NCBI RefSeq assembly: GCF_020745735.1
Contig: NC_083409.1
Span: 15,161,873 to 15,225,872 of the forward strand
Source of the DNA: Hemiscyllium ocellatum
Lineage: Eukaryota
Length of the DNA: 64,000 nucleotides
Reading direction: 5' to 3'
The notes under the pieces are model-generated. The model was not told the origin of the DNA and searched no databases. It saw nothing but the letters and a program-made list of their open reading frames with translations. The translations under genes and the position numbers were made by a program. Every line of letters starts with the position of its first letter. The stretch's first letter is position 1. Positions 13,003-25,898 of this stretch are shown piece after piece.

Positions 13003-13177
13003 ATTCCTTGTTCACTTTTAATGCGCACCCATATTTATCCTATTTATTTTAAATCTTCACAGAACTGCTGATCTACAGGGGCTCCAACCCCACAAAACGC
13101 AGGGGCCTCTAACCCCACAAGATTCTGTTTTTAGTACCTACTTAAACAATCTCATTTAGGGTTCTGTCTGGGTACCT

Positions 13178-13984
13178 TGAGAATGAAATAGGGGAAGCAG
13201 CACACAAAGAAGCAGACCAAGAGCAATCGAGGTATAATCTTGCCTTGTGGACCCATTGGTCTCGAGACCGACCCTTGGGTGAAGGCTCCTCTTTTCCAGT
13301 TTCATTCAAACGCATCCCTTGTTGGAACCCTGCTTGCAGCGCCAAATTAATAAAGAACAGATTGAGATTGCCCAGGGAATCCTTTGTGAACTCAACCTGT
13401 AAGCCTCTCGGTTCATCCTGGTCATCGTACTTTTGGAAGTCTGGAATAAAACGTAAACCTCTTCCAGTTTAGTTTAATTTTAGTCATCCCCTTAATTTAC
13501 TAATAGCATCACTGTTCCAAAATAACACTGACACCTATAAGCCAGGCTGACTGGATTCTAAAAACCCAGGGGAGTAGGATATCGCTCTTCCTTCAAGAGC
13601 CCTGGCAGGTTACTCTGTACTATCACAAACAGGCTACCATTATATGAATGTTTACATACGCTGTACTGTCAAGAATAGGCTTTCTTTGGACAAAAAGTTA
13701 ACAAAAGCACTGCTTGTTCTAAATGAGACAGATAGCAGTGGAGGACAATAATTCGGTAGAGAAGTTAATTGACACCAAGTTATTAATTTCACAAAGGGTC
13801 AGCTGTGAATGTTATCACTTGGTGTCCTCTTCATGCAGATTCTCTGATGCTCAGGAAAATATTCTTAATTGCCTTACCCTCCTGCCTCTCTCTTTTCTGG
13901 TGGACAGCAAATGTGTTCGATAATTCAACATTACATTTTAGTCTAAAAGTTTTAGGACAAGTTTTAAGGCTATAGACTTTCTCA
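13178..13984 (-). mobile_element. ERV-1 5' LTR followed by a degenerate PBS
   Basis: Terminal inverted TGAGAA...TTCTCA. The - strand continues AGGTACCCAGACAGAAC, weakly resembling a tRNA-Arg(CCU) PBS. Homologous to 5520-7175. Confidence 0.8.
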
Positions 13985-14628
13985 AACAAAACTTAAGAGA
14001 GCTTGCCCAAGTCTGGTAAGGGGGACTGATTGGCAAACTTGAATAAAGACAAGAATGAAGAACACATTAATGGACTGATGTGTTCAGAGAGAAGGCATCC
14101 AAGGCAGCACTGGAGACAGACACCAAAATTAACGCTGCTGTGTCTGTGTGTTCTTCCAGTACACAAAGGGAGGATTTTTCACTAAATATCCACAAGAACT
14201 CCAACTCGTCTGTTGGATTTACTGAACAGGGAAAAGGACCAACTCGAGGCTCAATTTAAAGTACCATTTCTCGAGCCTCAATCGGAGGAAATTCATGAGG
14301 AGCACGTGGACATTAAAGCAGAGAAACCCAAGGACAATCGTGAGAATAGTGAAGACTTTAAAGGAGATGATCTGAAGAGCAGTGATTCAAAGGCCAATTC
14401 TGTGGTTGATATGATACTATCTTCCTTTGTCAAGGACGCTATTGAACAATTGCTGAGAAGGTTTGGCTCACGAATCAATGATTACAGTTCAAATTGAATG
14501 TTGAATCCTGGCCCAGGTCACCTTCCAAGGATCTAGAGGAGGAACACAAGACTGATATCCCATTGCACACATTTGAAAGTGATGATGACAAGGAGCAAGT
14601 ATTATCTTCAGATCTTTGTCCTCGACCT
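13985..14628 (+). pseudogene. CEP350: CEP350-like copy A: 3' part of the large CAP-Gly-containing exon
   Basis: LLDLLNREKDQLEAQFK, ILSSFVKDAIEQL and ..SSDLCPRP|gtaagt match the CEP350 C-terminal region as recalled. Paralogous to 51420-52410; contains a stop. Confidence 0.85.
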
Positions 14629-15613
14629 GTAAGTACCATGTTTTAACATACTTATAGGATTATCATTATTTCCCAGACAATATGTCAAAATACAACTCCA
14701 CTTTTTTTAGGCACATGTTGCAGGTCATCATTTTTAGAAATTATCCTGAGTGTTCCCGTTTCCCAAGGACCCTTTACCAAAAGACTGTTGTGAGGAATAT
14801 CTTGATAAATTGTGAAAGATATTTGTGGGTGATAAAATCGAGATGTGGGGAATATTCTTAAAATTTCTGGTGTCCTGGTGTTTTCTACCTTGCCCATCAA
14901 TTCTCAAAGTATGTGTGAGTAGCCTGATTATTTCTCAAGGATTTAGTGACCATTTCCACTGTGTAATTATTGAGTTCAGAACTGAAAGATTGCTATTGAA
15001 ATTCAAACCCTTTTCCTCCTGCACTTTTCTGTCCTTCGGTTAAAAGAAGGCAGTGTTTTTAAAGAGGATCTTTGAAACTAAGTTTTGAATCATGCTTTTC
15101 AATCTCTGGCTTTTTTAGTGCACACACTGTTTTTCCAGCGTAGTGTTCTGAAGCAAAGTCGAGAGACTGAATGACCATCTGATTAGAAGAACAGAAGTGT
15201 TTATGGTTTGCACATATTAACATTCATTGGACAAGTAGCATTTTTCATGGAAGTGTTTGACAGGTTCTCATACTGTCCATTTCTTTATGAGCATTGTGTA
15301 GGAAATCACAAAGAGGAGATTGGGTCACTTTGATTTGACACAGCAACATCCTGACTAAACTGACACATGCTCTTCTGATTTGTCGATATTTGTGTTTACC
15401 TATAAAATGAATTCCAGCCTGTGTCTAACTCGTCAGACATACTCTGAGATATAAAAAGAAGGTTCTCGTTTGTTTGTCTGCCGTTTTTATGCTTTGATTT
15501 CACAGTTTATTAAAACCATGTATTGTTCATTAATGTTTTGAAATGAATTTCATCATTTTTGTTCCTGACCTTCAGTTTCTAGATTGACCAACAGTTTGTG
15601 TACTTTGCAACAA

Positions 15614-15981
15614 GGCGGCCTGATGTTTGGCTCACGTGGGCAGGAAGAAGTGGCCAAACGCCTGGCAGAGTCGGAATTGAGTCGTGAGACTCTCGATGAC
15701 CTGGTAGATGACCAAGATTGGTTTGACGAGGACTTTGGGCTGCGCTGTAGCAAAGTGCAGCAGCCAGTGCAGAAGGCCCAGTCTCCAAAGGATGTGCCTC
15801 TCAAAATCCAAAGGGAACCTCCATTTTGCTGTACATCATGATGCTTTAGAGGTTGAGATGATGGTTCATGCGGTGGCTGAAGAAGTTGCACGATCCAGGA
15901 GATCTACAAATACTCCCAGACTATCTTGAGAATAATAAATGGAAAGATGTAGAGAGTGTGAGCAAAAGAGTTTCTTGTGCG
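15614..15981 (+). pseudogene. CEP350: CEP350-like copy A: QEELAKRL/DQDWFDEDFGL exon
   Basis: GQEEVAKRLAESELS..DDQDWFDEDFGL; acceptor mutated to AA (15612-15613); internal frameshift. Confidence 0.9.
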
Positions 15982-17247
15982 GTGAGATCCAGCTTTTGCA
16001 TTTGAACACAAACTTATTTTTTCTCAGTTAAGCAAGAAAGCTATGGGTTAATAGTGCTCCACAGCAGCTCTGATTGATGATATGTATAACAGAGCATGTT
16101 AAAAACATTCTGATGACTGCATTGAATTCAATTTACCATTTTGCCCCTTCTCTAAAAGTCCAAACCACTTTCTCCTCCACTGTTTGGACTCTCCCATTAT
16201 TAATTTAGCAGCATCATCATCATCATCCTGTTCTTCATTAAATCCCATCTGTCACAACTTTGCTCACTCTGAGAATCTATAGTTTCTGTTTCTATTTACA
16301 TAATATATGGTGTCTCTTCCAGTCACTCATTTTTTTGAATTCTTCCGTATCATCTCTGTCTTTCCATTGGTGGCTAATACACTATATAGTTATTAATCAT
16401 CTTCTTAAAACTCTCCAGAAACTTGATCTTCCACAGGTCACTCCATAATTTTCAGATGAAGAAAGCCTTAAAGGTTGCACTTTTCAGTCTGAATTTGTGC
16501 TGTGTTGAGGTTCCCAAAATTGACCAAAGTATTCTAAGATCTTAAGCAACTTAATGTGGCTTAAATTGTTTGTGTGCAGTTGGAAGAGCCAGGTTTCTTT
16601 TAATGGCCATATCTATCACTTTAAATGGCCTGTATGTTGGAATACTTTGTTTACTGAAGTTAAGATAAACTCATCTGTTAAACTGAGAATGATTTGACCT
16701 TCCTGAAATGCTGGGTCCGCTGTATGAATCCACATCATCCCCAGTGTTTATGGTGAGACTTCCCACAGCGCTGATCTTGAGTTATCTACCTCCAGTCTAT
16801 TACAAAGGCAGAACATTTTTGGAATTTGCCTGAGCAGAGACCACTTAGAAAATGCTGTTGGCAAAGTGCTGAGTGAATCGTTAAGTGAATAATTAATCAT
16901 TTCTCAGTCTAGGTCTGAGGCAAAGTAAAATGTCAAACCTTCTCACAGTCTGGGAGTGTTGCATATTCCTTTAAAGTTGTTTTGAATATGCTTTTGGATC
17001 TCACTGATATTGTTCACTTCAATTATTATTACATTTTCAAGCATTCCGTAGATTTTTTTTTAATAGAACATGCTTTGAGTTTCATCCACTTTTTACATCA
17101 TTCAAAATGGGGGAAAGAGTCCAAAGGCCCAAGTGTCAAAGGCTTCACTGAGCAGTTTTGGACAAAGGTAATGGATTGTAGGTTGTTTTGTCTGTGTATT
17201 TAGGGTGTGTGCAACAACTGCCATTTCTCCTGGGCTTCTATCCACAG

Positions 17248-17370
17248 ATCTCCATTTCTAATGAGGTTATGAAGTTGCTTGGATTCTACCAGGAGCAATA
17301 TCAGAAGACAGACTGGCAGAAGATGAAGACATTTGACAGGAGAAAAAGTGATTGGATGGACCATATTTTG
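17248..17370 (+). pseudogene. CEP350: CEP350-like copy A: KTDWQKM (penultimate-type) exon
   Basis: cag|ISISNEVMKLLGF..KTDWQKMKTFDRRKSDWMDHIL|gtaagt. Confidence 0.88.
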
Positions 17371-17682
17371 GTAAGTGCTTCAGTTTAGCAACTGTTCAGT
17401 TTTATATTGTACCACTGCATCATGATTATGAACTCTGCGTCCTACATCTGAATTTTCTATTATTTCAAATGACAAAGGCTTTATCTTCAACTTTGTGGTT
17501 GAATTGAAAACTTGTCCTCACTGCAGTAATTCGCTGAAAATCAAGGCCTACTTTTTCTTAGTTGCCACAAAAGTTTAAAAAAATTCAGAAGTACGTTGAA
17601 TTCAGTGCAGTTGGCAAAGTAGTGTCATGTGTACTTCTTTAAATCCCAGTGTTTGATTTCACTTTCTCTCCATGTTTCTTTG

Positions 17683-17828
17683 TCGTATGGTGAATTTGTG
17701 AAGAAGACCGAAGCTGAACTCAGTAAAGATCTTGATGTTGCCAGCTCAACCTCCACCAAACCGCAGATTAAAATTCTGTACTCCACTGCTACTGAGAAGC
17801 TGAAGATTAAACCACTGTCTCTGCAGAA
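17683..17828 (+). pseudogene. CEP350: CEP350-like copy A: SYDEFIKKTEAEL exon, out of ancestral order
   Basis: SYGEFVKKTEAELSKDL..KPQIK..EKLKIKPL; acceptor CAG lost (tttg|tcg). Confidence 0.88.
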
Positions 17829-18419
17829 GTACTTTCAGTAATGGATGTTAATTGTGTAACTTTATGAAGGGATGCCTCTTGTATTTCTCTTTTATATCTG
17901 AGTGGGACCCCTTTTGTCCAAATTATTTGGTGATTAAATGTTTCTTGAGTGAAGGAGAGCAGTACTTTTGCAGAGACTTTACAGCAGGGAAATGTGCCGT
18001 TTGGCCCAACAGACTCGTGCAGTTATTTAGTCTCCATGCGAGTCTACTCCCATTTTGTCTCCTCCCATCACTGCATCCTTCTGGATGTTTCTCCCTGAAA
18101 CACATTCATGCTATTCAACTGAAGCATTCCAGGTACTAGCAAGTTTCATGTTGTCACCTTTCTCAGGGAAGAATGTTTTGTTTTGAATGTCTGATTTGAT
18201 CCACTGATGTTAACTTCCTATTCAGGACAGCTACGCAAGTGGAAACATTTCTCCCTCCATGTAGTTCAAGCACCTTCATTTTTAAAGTTCTCTATCAAAT
18301 CTAATTTTTAAAATTCTCTATCCAGTCGCTAGCTTATACAGTTAATGGCCGGGCACTGGGTGTGTTGCTGCACAGAGACATCGGGATGCAGGATGCTTCA
18401 AGTACAAAGGTAAACAGTA

Positions 18420-20110
18420 GCAGTAACAGAGGACATCCCTGTCATCTGCTCTTCCTCCCCCCCCGCCCCCCCCATGAAAATTGCTCGATTTAACCCCATT
18501 CATGATAACTACCACCTTGGGGTCTTCATATAGCACTGCCACCCACCTGGTGAAGGCCCTTCCCACACCAAAACGATCTAGAGCAGCAAAGAGATACGAC
18601 CATTCCACCCGATTAAAACCTTTTCTGCCTCCAGGGAGACCACCAAACCCGGAATCATTCTCTGCTGACATCGTTGCACTGTGTACAATACCCGCCTGAT
18701 GTTGTTGGAGGAGCTGCAGCCCTTGATAAAACCCGTTTGCTCCTCTTTTATAATAACAGGCAGCACCTTCTCCAGGCTCAGAGTTAACACCTTTGATAGA
18801 ATTTTAAAATCCACATTCAACAACAAGGTGGGTCTATACAATGCACAATGCTCAGGGTTTTTTCCTTTCTTTAAAATAAGAGTGATATTAGCCTCTGTAA
18901 GAGAGGGCGGAAGACAGTCCTGGCCATAGTAATGACTATACAGCTCCAGCAGTGGGTCAGCTGACATGTGTATGAGCTCCTTGTAAAATCCACATGGGAA
19001 TCCATCTGGACCAGATGCCTTACCACCTTGGAGCTGCCTTACCGCCTCTTGCACCTCTTGTACTGTCAGAGGTACATTTAAAAGGGAGGCCTGATCTGGG
19101 TTTATACCAGGGAGGTCCAAGTTTTCAAAAAGGATTCCATTCTCGCTTCTCCATCTCCACAGCCCTCTGACCGGTATAACTCTGCATTGAACTCCCAGAA
19201 TCTGGCATCGATCTTCCTCAGTTCACGAGTGACCTTGCCAGTTCTCTCCCTGATAAACACAATGGACTGTGGAGCATTTTCCTTCATAGCCAGGTAAGCC
19301 AGGGATCTACCTGGCTTATCCCCATATTTTAACAGCCTTTGCATTGCAAAGGAGACCCCTCTCTTTGCCACTTGTGTGTGCACTGAGTCCAGAGCAGCCC
19401 GGAGAGCCATGACCCGTTGCAATTTGACCCCGATGGTCTGGAATAATACGCTGATTTGGCTGCCTTCAGCCGGGCCTCAAGTATCAGCTGCTGCTGTCCT
19501 CTCTGCCTCCTTCTCATTGTCAAGTGTGAAATAGGTGGTCTCCCAGAGCACTGATGGGTACTGGCTGTAGCCTGATTGAAGACCCAAAAAACCCTGAACT
19601 CCCTTTGTGATATATTGTACAAAGTTGTCATCCTTCAACAGAAATGGGTTCGTGCACCATTGTCATGTGTCTCCTACACTACCTTTGATCTTAACATCTA
19701 AATAGACTGCTGCATGGTCTGAAATAGTTATGTTCCCAATCCTGCAGGCTAACACCAAGTCCAAACAAACCGACGGAACAAAGAACATTTCAATTCTTGT
19801 GTGGCACTTGTGCGGGTTGGAGTAAAAGGTAAAGTCCCTCCCATTTGGGTGGGGGCACCTCCACACATCCACTCGCCGCAACTCCTCACACAAGTCCACT
19901 AACTGTCTAGTCTGCAGAGGTGTACCTGACAGCCCCCTTGGCATCCTGTCCACCCCAGGATCCATGAGACAATTAAAGTCTCCTTCTATAAATATATGGT
20001 GTACCCCAGGAGCCATTAATTTAAAGACCGCATCAACTAAAAATTTGAGAGAATGCACCAGGGGACAGTAAATCGCTAGCCATGACCGCACACTACAGCC
20101 CGCAGTCCCC
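18420..20110 (-). mobile_element. L1-clade LINE ORF2 fragment (APE plus RT N-half), truncated at both ends
   Basis: GDFNC..ISDHAAV endonuclease motifs (19663-20091); KASGPDGF..YRPTLLLNVDFKILSK..QTGFIKG (18578-19120). Confidence 0.9.
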
Positions 20111-20309
20111 CGAGAGGAAGAAGCTCATTCAATGTGCAACAAGTGAGAAAAAAACAGGCTTCATCAAATCTAAATGATTTGTCCTTCAACTGATCTCATG
20201 ACTTAAATGGGGAATGGTGTCTCTTCAGTTAGGTGATTCAAATCCACCAAATCAATTGCCACGTAAGCACTCCTTCCATAACAAAAGGATATGTGGGTCA
20301 AACACTAAC

Positions 20310-20437
20310 ATTCCTGATGAAGGGCTTATGCCCGAAACGTCAAATTTCCTGTTCCTTGGATGCTGCCTGACCTGCTGTGCTTTTCCAGCCACACACTTTC
20401 AGCTCTCCTCTCCAGCATCTGCAGACCTCACTTTCTC
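20310..20437 (+). mobile_element. Short Penelope terminal insertion with a hammerhead core
   Basis: ATTC-CTGATGA-A-GGGC-TTAT-GCCC-GAAAC-GTC-AAAT; degenerate TSD TCAAACACTAAC/TCAAATAGTAAC. Confidence 0.75.
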
Positions 20438-20709
20438 CTCAAATAGTAACATATCTTGCACTGATTTATTTCAAGATTCCTTTATTCAGTCATGTGCTTA
20501 AGCTATTCAATCCTAACTTTCTTGTGTTCCCCTTGGATCTGTGGTTATGCATAAGCAAACTTCCTCATGTCCCCTTCAACAATGTGTCATTCAACATAAC
20601 AATTGTGTTGAATCAATAATTGTAACCCAACTCTGCTCCTTGAGCAGATAACTAATCCAAGGATTCTTGACCAGCCTTTAACTTCATGTTCAAGTTCTAA
20701 ATCTTTCAG

Positions 20710-20958
20710 TGAGCAATGGAAAATAACAAAGAACAATGTAAATCATATATTGTCTCTCCAGACTCTGCTTCTCTTGCCACTGAGTACTCCCTTAAGTTCG
20801 ATGAGTCAATGACTGAAGATGAGATTGAAGAGAAATCCTTCCATCTCCTTCTGCCATCAGAGAGCCATCGATGCTTTAATATGGGGAAGAAACGCAGCCA
20901 GCAGGATAATTCCGATGAGGACATACTGCAGGATCAATCGGCATCAATAGCTGTAAAA
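20710..20958 (+). pseudogene. CEP350: CEP350-like middle exon (ATEYSLKFDES)
   Basis: SLATEYSLKFDESMTEDEIEEKSFHLLLPSESHRCFNMGK..|gtgagt. Confidence 0.9.
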
Positions 20959-22658
20959 GTGAGTTCTCCCATGGGTTAACCAAGGGTGAGTAGTGGAGCC
21001 AATTAGTGGGATCTCAGTGTTTGGGTTAGTTGCTCCTCTCCATGTTCTAGGTATCTTGATATGAGATTCAGATGTTGAGGATGAGGACCAGATGGGGCAA
21101 TGAGTGTTGGGCAGGGGCTTTTTTTTTAAAAAGAGAAGTACAACTCACTAACAATGTTGCCAGAGTTTATAAATCTTGAAGAGGAATAAATCTTTTGAAT
21201 TGTTAATCTTTGTGATACAGTTACCATGTAGTGAAGACAGAGATCAATATTTACTGGGATTCCATGCTCACCTCGTCCGGTAAACACAAGCTAAATTTGA
21301 CGGCTAAGAATGTCCCTAAATTTACAATTTTCTACTGTCCATTAAAGGTAGGAGTAGTAAGATGCAAAAGAGAAGTGGAGCTTGCAGAGGAATTTGATTT
21401 GAACAAGAGACATTTGTGCAGATAATAATAGATATTCTAATTGGAAGGATATGGTTGGTGATATTCTGCATGGATCTATGTTGGTGCCCTATCTATTCGC
21501 TATTCATGATGAAAGGAAAGCCACATTCAAAATTTGGGGCCTCTCTCCAGATTAGCAGCGATCTCGAGTGTAGGTAGATGGAAACATAAAATCAGAAAGC
21601 AATCTTGATAGATTAAGTAAATGAAAAATCTACGGATGAGTTTGATCGGCAAGTGAGAGGTTGGATCAAAATAGGATATTTCTTGATTGTGAAAATTGAG
21701 AGACAATGGAGTTCAAAGGAACCTGGTGGGGGTGATCCAGCTGTATGTAGTTCATGAAAATGTCACAAACAGGCTCAGAAAAGTGATCAAGGGGCCAGTG
21801 GAATGTTGACATTTATGTCCAAAGACTCGAAAACAAAGGATTAGAAGTCATGCTTCAGCAATTCAAAACCGAGTCAGACCAAGCCGTCAGGGCTGGGCAC
21901 CATGGCTTAAGAAGAGTGTCACTCTTTGGAAGTGCAATGTAGACTTACTGAGGTGATACTTGGGCTCCGAGGCTTAATTTAAGAAGAGAGATTAAATAGA
22001 TAACATGTTAGAGTCAGAACATTGAGGTGTGATATTGTGGAACACTTTTACACACAGAAATGGATGAAGTTTGAAACTCCCTTCCACAAACAGTGATTGA
22101 TTTGAAATCAGTTACAAATTTTAAATCTGAGATTGGTAGATTTTTAACCAAAATGCTGAAGGATTATGGGACAAAGACAGGGATTTGTCATGATGTTGAA
22201 GATTACCATGATTTGGGTGAATGGTGGAATAGGCTCAAGAAGCTAAATAGCCACCTCCTGGCTAATGTTGATGTAACCATGACACCCTTACTCTCTGTAT
22301 GTGCAACTCCTATTCTGTTTTTGGTTATTTATCAGAACCTGGCAGCAAATTAGTAACTGGAGTCCTGACCAGAAAATTATCAGTATGAGGGACTTTGCCA
22401 GTCTTAATATGTTTCACAGATGATGAAATGAAACAGTCAGCATTTACTCATCCTGATAAATATTGGGATAGTTTGATGGGATCACTTGTGATGCAGCATG
22501 ATTGGGATGTCTGATGATACTCCAACTGCTTTTAATTGTTGTTGTTGTCTGCACTCAGTCCTGAGGTTTTGTGGATTACAGGACAAATTTTGCTTGGGTC
22601 AGGGGAAGCAGATCACCTCACTCTGTACTGTTTGTCCTCCTGTCTTTCACTGTTCAGC

Positions 22659-22845
22659 ATAATTTGAGCATGTCCTTCTCTGGAGGTCAAGACAGTTTCT
22701 GTAAATTTACCATGGAGATGGTGTGACAATACATGGAGGAGGAGGAGATGCGTGCACAGCACCAGGAGTCACTCCTCAGACTGAGAGAACAAGCCTTGAA
22801 GGAAAAGACAAAAGCAGAGCTGGCCTGGTTGGTGCACCAGTGAAA
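22659..22845 (+). pseudogene. CEP350: CEP350-like middle exon (GGQDSFSKFTMEMV) with two in-frame stops
   Basis: cag|HNLSMSFSGGQDSFCKFTMEMV*QYMEEEEMRAQHQESLLRLREQALKEKTKAELAWLVHQ*|gtgagt; TGA at 22724 and 22841. Confidence 0.92.
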
Positions 22846-24369
22846 GTGAGTAGTGATGTTAAGGTGAATAGCCTTTCAAAAATGCAATGTAAGAATGTGC
22901 ACATATTTCCATTAATCCTTTCTGGAGAAGGGGGAAAGCTGTTGTCTTTTCTCATTGCAGTGAGGCTGTTGAGCAGAATCTAGGTATTCACATCATCTTT
23001 CCCCTTATCGCTGTTTGGAATGAGTAGAATGAATGCAATTTTGACTCTTTTTTTCAAATTTTTAAGTTTGTTCTTTGAATTTGGGCTGTTTGCAGTAATG
23101 CTGGTATTTATTTACTATCCCTCATTCTCAAAATGGTCATGGTGTTGAGCTGCCTTGAGCCACTGCAGTCTGCTTGGTCAATATAAACGTATCAACTCGC
23201 AAGTGCTGTTAGGTTTGGAGTTCAGGGCTCTGGAACAGATTGACGCGAGATCGTTGTCCGAACCCACAGATCAGGATTTTAAACAAATTATTTTAGTGGA
23301 TTTCTTTGCTGCTGGTAAGGCCAGTATTGTTGTCCATCCTTCATTGCACTTGGGAAGGTGATAGTGAGTTTTTCCTCAAACATCTGCAGTTCACCTGCTA
23401 CAGGTACAACCACAATGCTGACAGGAAAGGAGTACCTGGGATTTTGATCCTATAGCAGTGAAGGAAGGGTATATTGCTAAGTCAGGATGTTGTGTGGCTT
23501 GGAGAGAAGTTGACAAGTCATGGTGCTACCATGTTATCTACTGTCTGTGTCCTTTTAGATGGTAGAGGTCAGAGGCTTTGAAGGTGCTGTTGAAGGAATG
23601 GAGTTAGTTCCTGCAGTGCATCATATAGTGCATGTAGCTCTCTCTGTTCGTTGGTGAAGGACGTGAATGTATAGATTGGTGAATGTGATGCTGATCACAC
23701 AGGTTGCTACATTCTATTTAATGTTATGTTTCTTGGGCATATACTGGGGAGACAGGAAGTAAGTTACTTAGTGAAGAATTTTCAGCTTCTGACCTGGGTT
23801 TGTTGACCCAGTATTGTATAGTTGATCCGGTTCAGTTTCAGGTCGAGGGTAACTCTAATGTGATAATTGTGAGGAAAGCAGTGATGATAATGCCACTTCA
23901 TATCAAAAGGATTGCAAGAGATGGTCAATGCTTGGTAGGTATGGTGTGCATGCCATCCATGCTGCCGTAATACTGTAGTCACATATGCCATTATAGTTGT
24001 AGGCAGAAGATTTCCTTCTTCAAAGTCCCTCCATGAATTATTTAGGTTTATATGGCTGCTCAACATCTTTGTGGACACTTTTACTGACACCAACCTTTTA
24101 TTTCCAGATTTTCTTTTAAAATACCCTTATTGATTTTGTGAGCATAAACAATATCTTGTTGAAACAAATTTTCTCCAAATTGAGTATGACAAGCATGGAA
24201 GGGCATTACAGTTATAAAATACTAAGAAGAATTTGCTGTTTAACAAAATCTTAAACCCTGATCATTCTCTTTCTGGTTTAGTTGCTAATTCAGCAGTGGT
24301 GACACTGTGAGATCTACTTGGGCAGATTTATCCAAGTTTGACTGTAAATTCCAGCATCATTATACCATG

Positions 24370-25785
24370 TGTCGGGAGCTGTGGTTTACTAAAGAAGTTG
24401 AATCTCTTGTCAAGAGGAAGGAAAGGCTTATGTTGAGACGTGAAACTCAGTTAGGGAGCTTGAGAGTTACAAGTTAGTGAGGAAAGACCTAAAGAGAGAG
24501 CTAAGAAGAGCCAGGAAGAAACATGAAAAATCACTGGCAGATAGGATCAAGGAAAACCATACAGCTTTCTGTAAGTATATCAGGAAGAAAAGAATGACGA
24601 GAGAGATCAGGGCCAGTCAAGGATAGTTGTGGGATGTTATGCATGGAGTCCGAGGAGATGGGGAAGCATTAAATGAATATTTATTTGTTAGTATTCACAC
24701 CGGAAAAAGATCGTGTTGTCGAGGAGAATACTGCGATGCAGGATATTAGACTAGACGGGATTCAAGTTCATAAGGAGGTGTTAACAATTCGATAAAGTGT
24801 GAAAATAGATAAGGACTCTCGGCTGGATGGGATTAATCCGAGGATTCTCTGGGAAGCCAGGGAAGAGATTGCAGAACCTTGAGCTTTGATCTTTGTTGTC
24901 ATTGTCAACAGGAATAGAGCCAGAAGACTGGAGGGGATAACAAATGTCGTCCCCTTGTTCAAGAAGGGGAGTAAAAATAACTCTGCTCTTATAAACGACT
25001 GAGCCTTATTTGGTTGTGGGTCAAATGTTGAAAAAGGTTATAAGAGATCGGATTTATAATCATCTAGAAATGAATAAGTTGATTAGGGATAGTCAACACA
25101 GTTTTGTGAAGGTACGGTCGTGTCTTACAAATTTTATTGAGTTTTTTTGAGAACACGGATGAGGGTAATGCGGTTGATGTGGTGTATATGGATTTCAGTC
25201 AGGCATTTGATAAATTTCCCACAGTAGGCTGTACAAAACTCTGGTGCGGCCAAACTTGGAGTATTGCAGCAGTTCTGGTCACTGCATTTTATAAAGGATG
25301 CAGAAGCTTTGGAAAGGGTGCAGAGGAGATTACAAGGATGTTACCTGGTATGGAGGGAAGGTCTTATGAGGAAAGGCTGAGGGACTTATGGCTGTTTTCA
25401 TTAGAGAGAAGAAGGTTGAGAGGTGATTTAATTGAGACGTATAAGATAATCAGAAGGTTAGATAGGGTGGCCAGAGAGAGCCTTTTTCCACAGAAGGTGA
25501 TGGCTAGCACGAGGGAACATTGCTTTAAATTGCGGGGGGGATAGATATAGGACAGATGGCAGAGGTAATTTCTTTAGTCAGAGTGGTAAGGGTGTGGAAC
25601 ACACTGCCTGCAACAGTGATGGACTCATCAACTTTAAGGGCATTTAAATGGTCATTGGATAAAGATACGGATGAAAATGGAAAAATGTAGGATAGATAGG
25701 CTTCAGATTGGTTCTACAGGCCGGTGCAACATGGAGGGCCGAAGAGCCTGTAGTGTGCTGTAATATTGTATGCTCTATGTTCATG
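24370..25785 (+). mobile_element. Degenerate CR1/HER1-like LINE with an internal RT deletion
   Basis: VDVVYMDFSQAFDK joined directly to the 3' region LERRRLRGDLIETYKII; CR1-type 3' tail. Confidence 0.85.
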
Positions 25786-25810
25786 TGACTTTGCCATGTT
25801 CTCTAACCAG

Positions 25811-25898
25811 ACGCCTTCGAGGCAAGGGAGAAGATGACAAGATGACATCCATCCGAAGGAGACAACGTGGGCTTCTGCTCAGGCTGAAGCAGGAGCAG
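25811..25898 (+). pseudogene. CEP350: CEP350-like middle exon (RGKGEDDKM)
   Basis: cag|.RLRGKGEDDKMTSIRRRQRGLLLRLKQEQ|gtatga; phase-compatible with both neighbouring exons. Confidence 0.88.

Noticed and set aside
5484-13988. AACA on both sides of ERV-1 as a 4-bp TSD
   Set aside because: It would need the LTR to start TGTT rather than TGAGAA, and the left flank is not the continuation of the interrupted exon. A 4-bp match is easily chance
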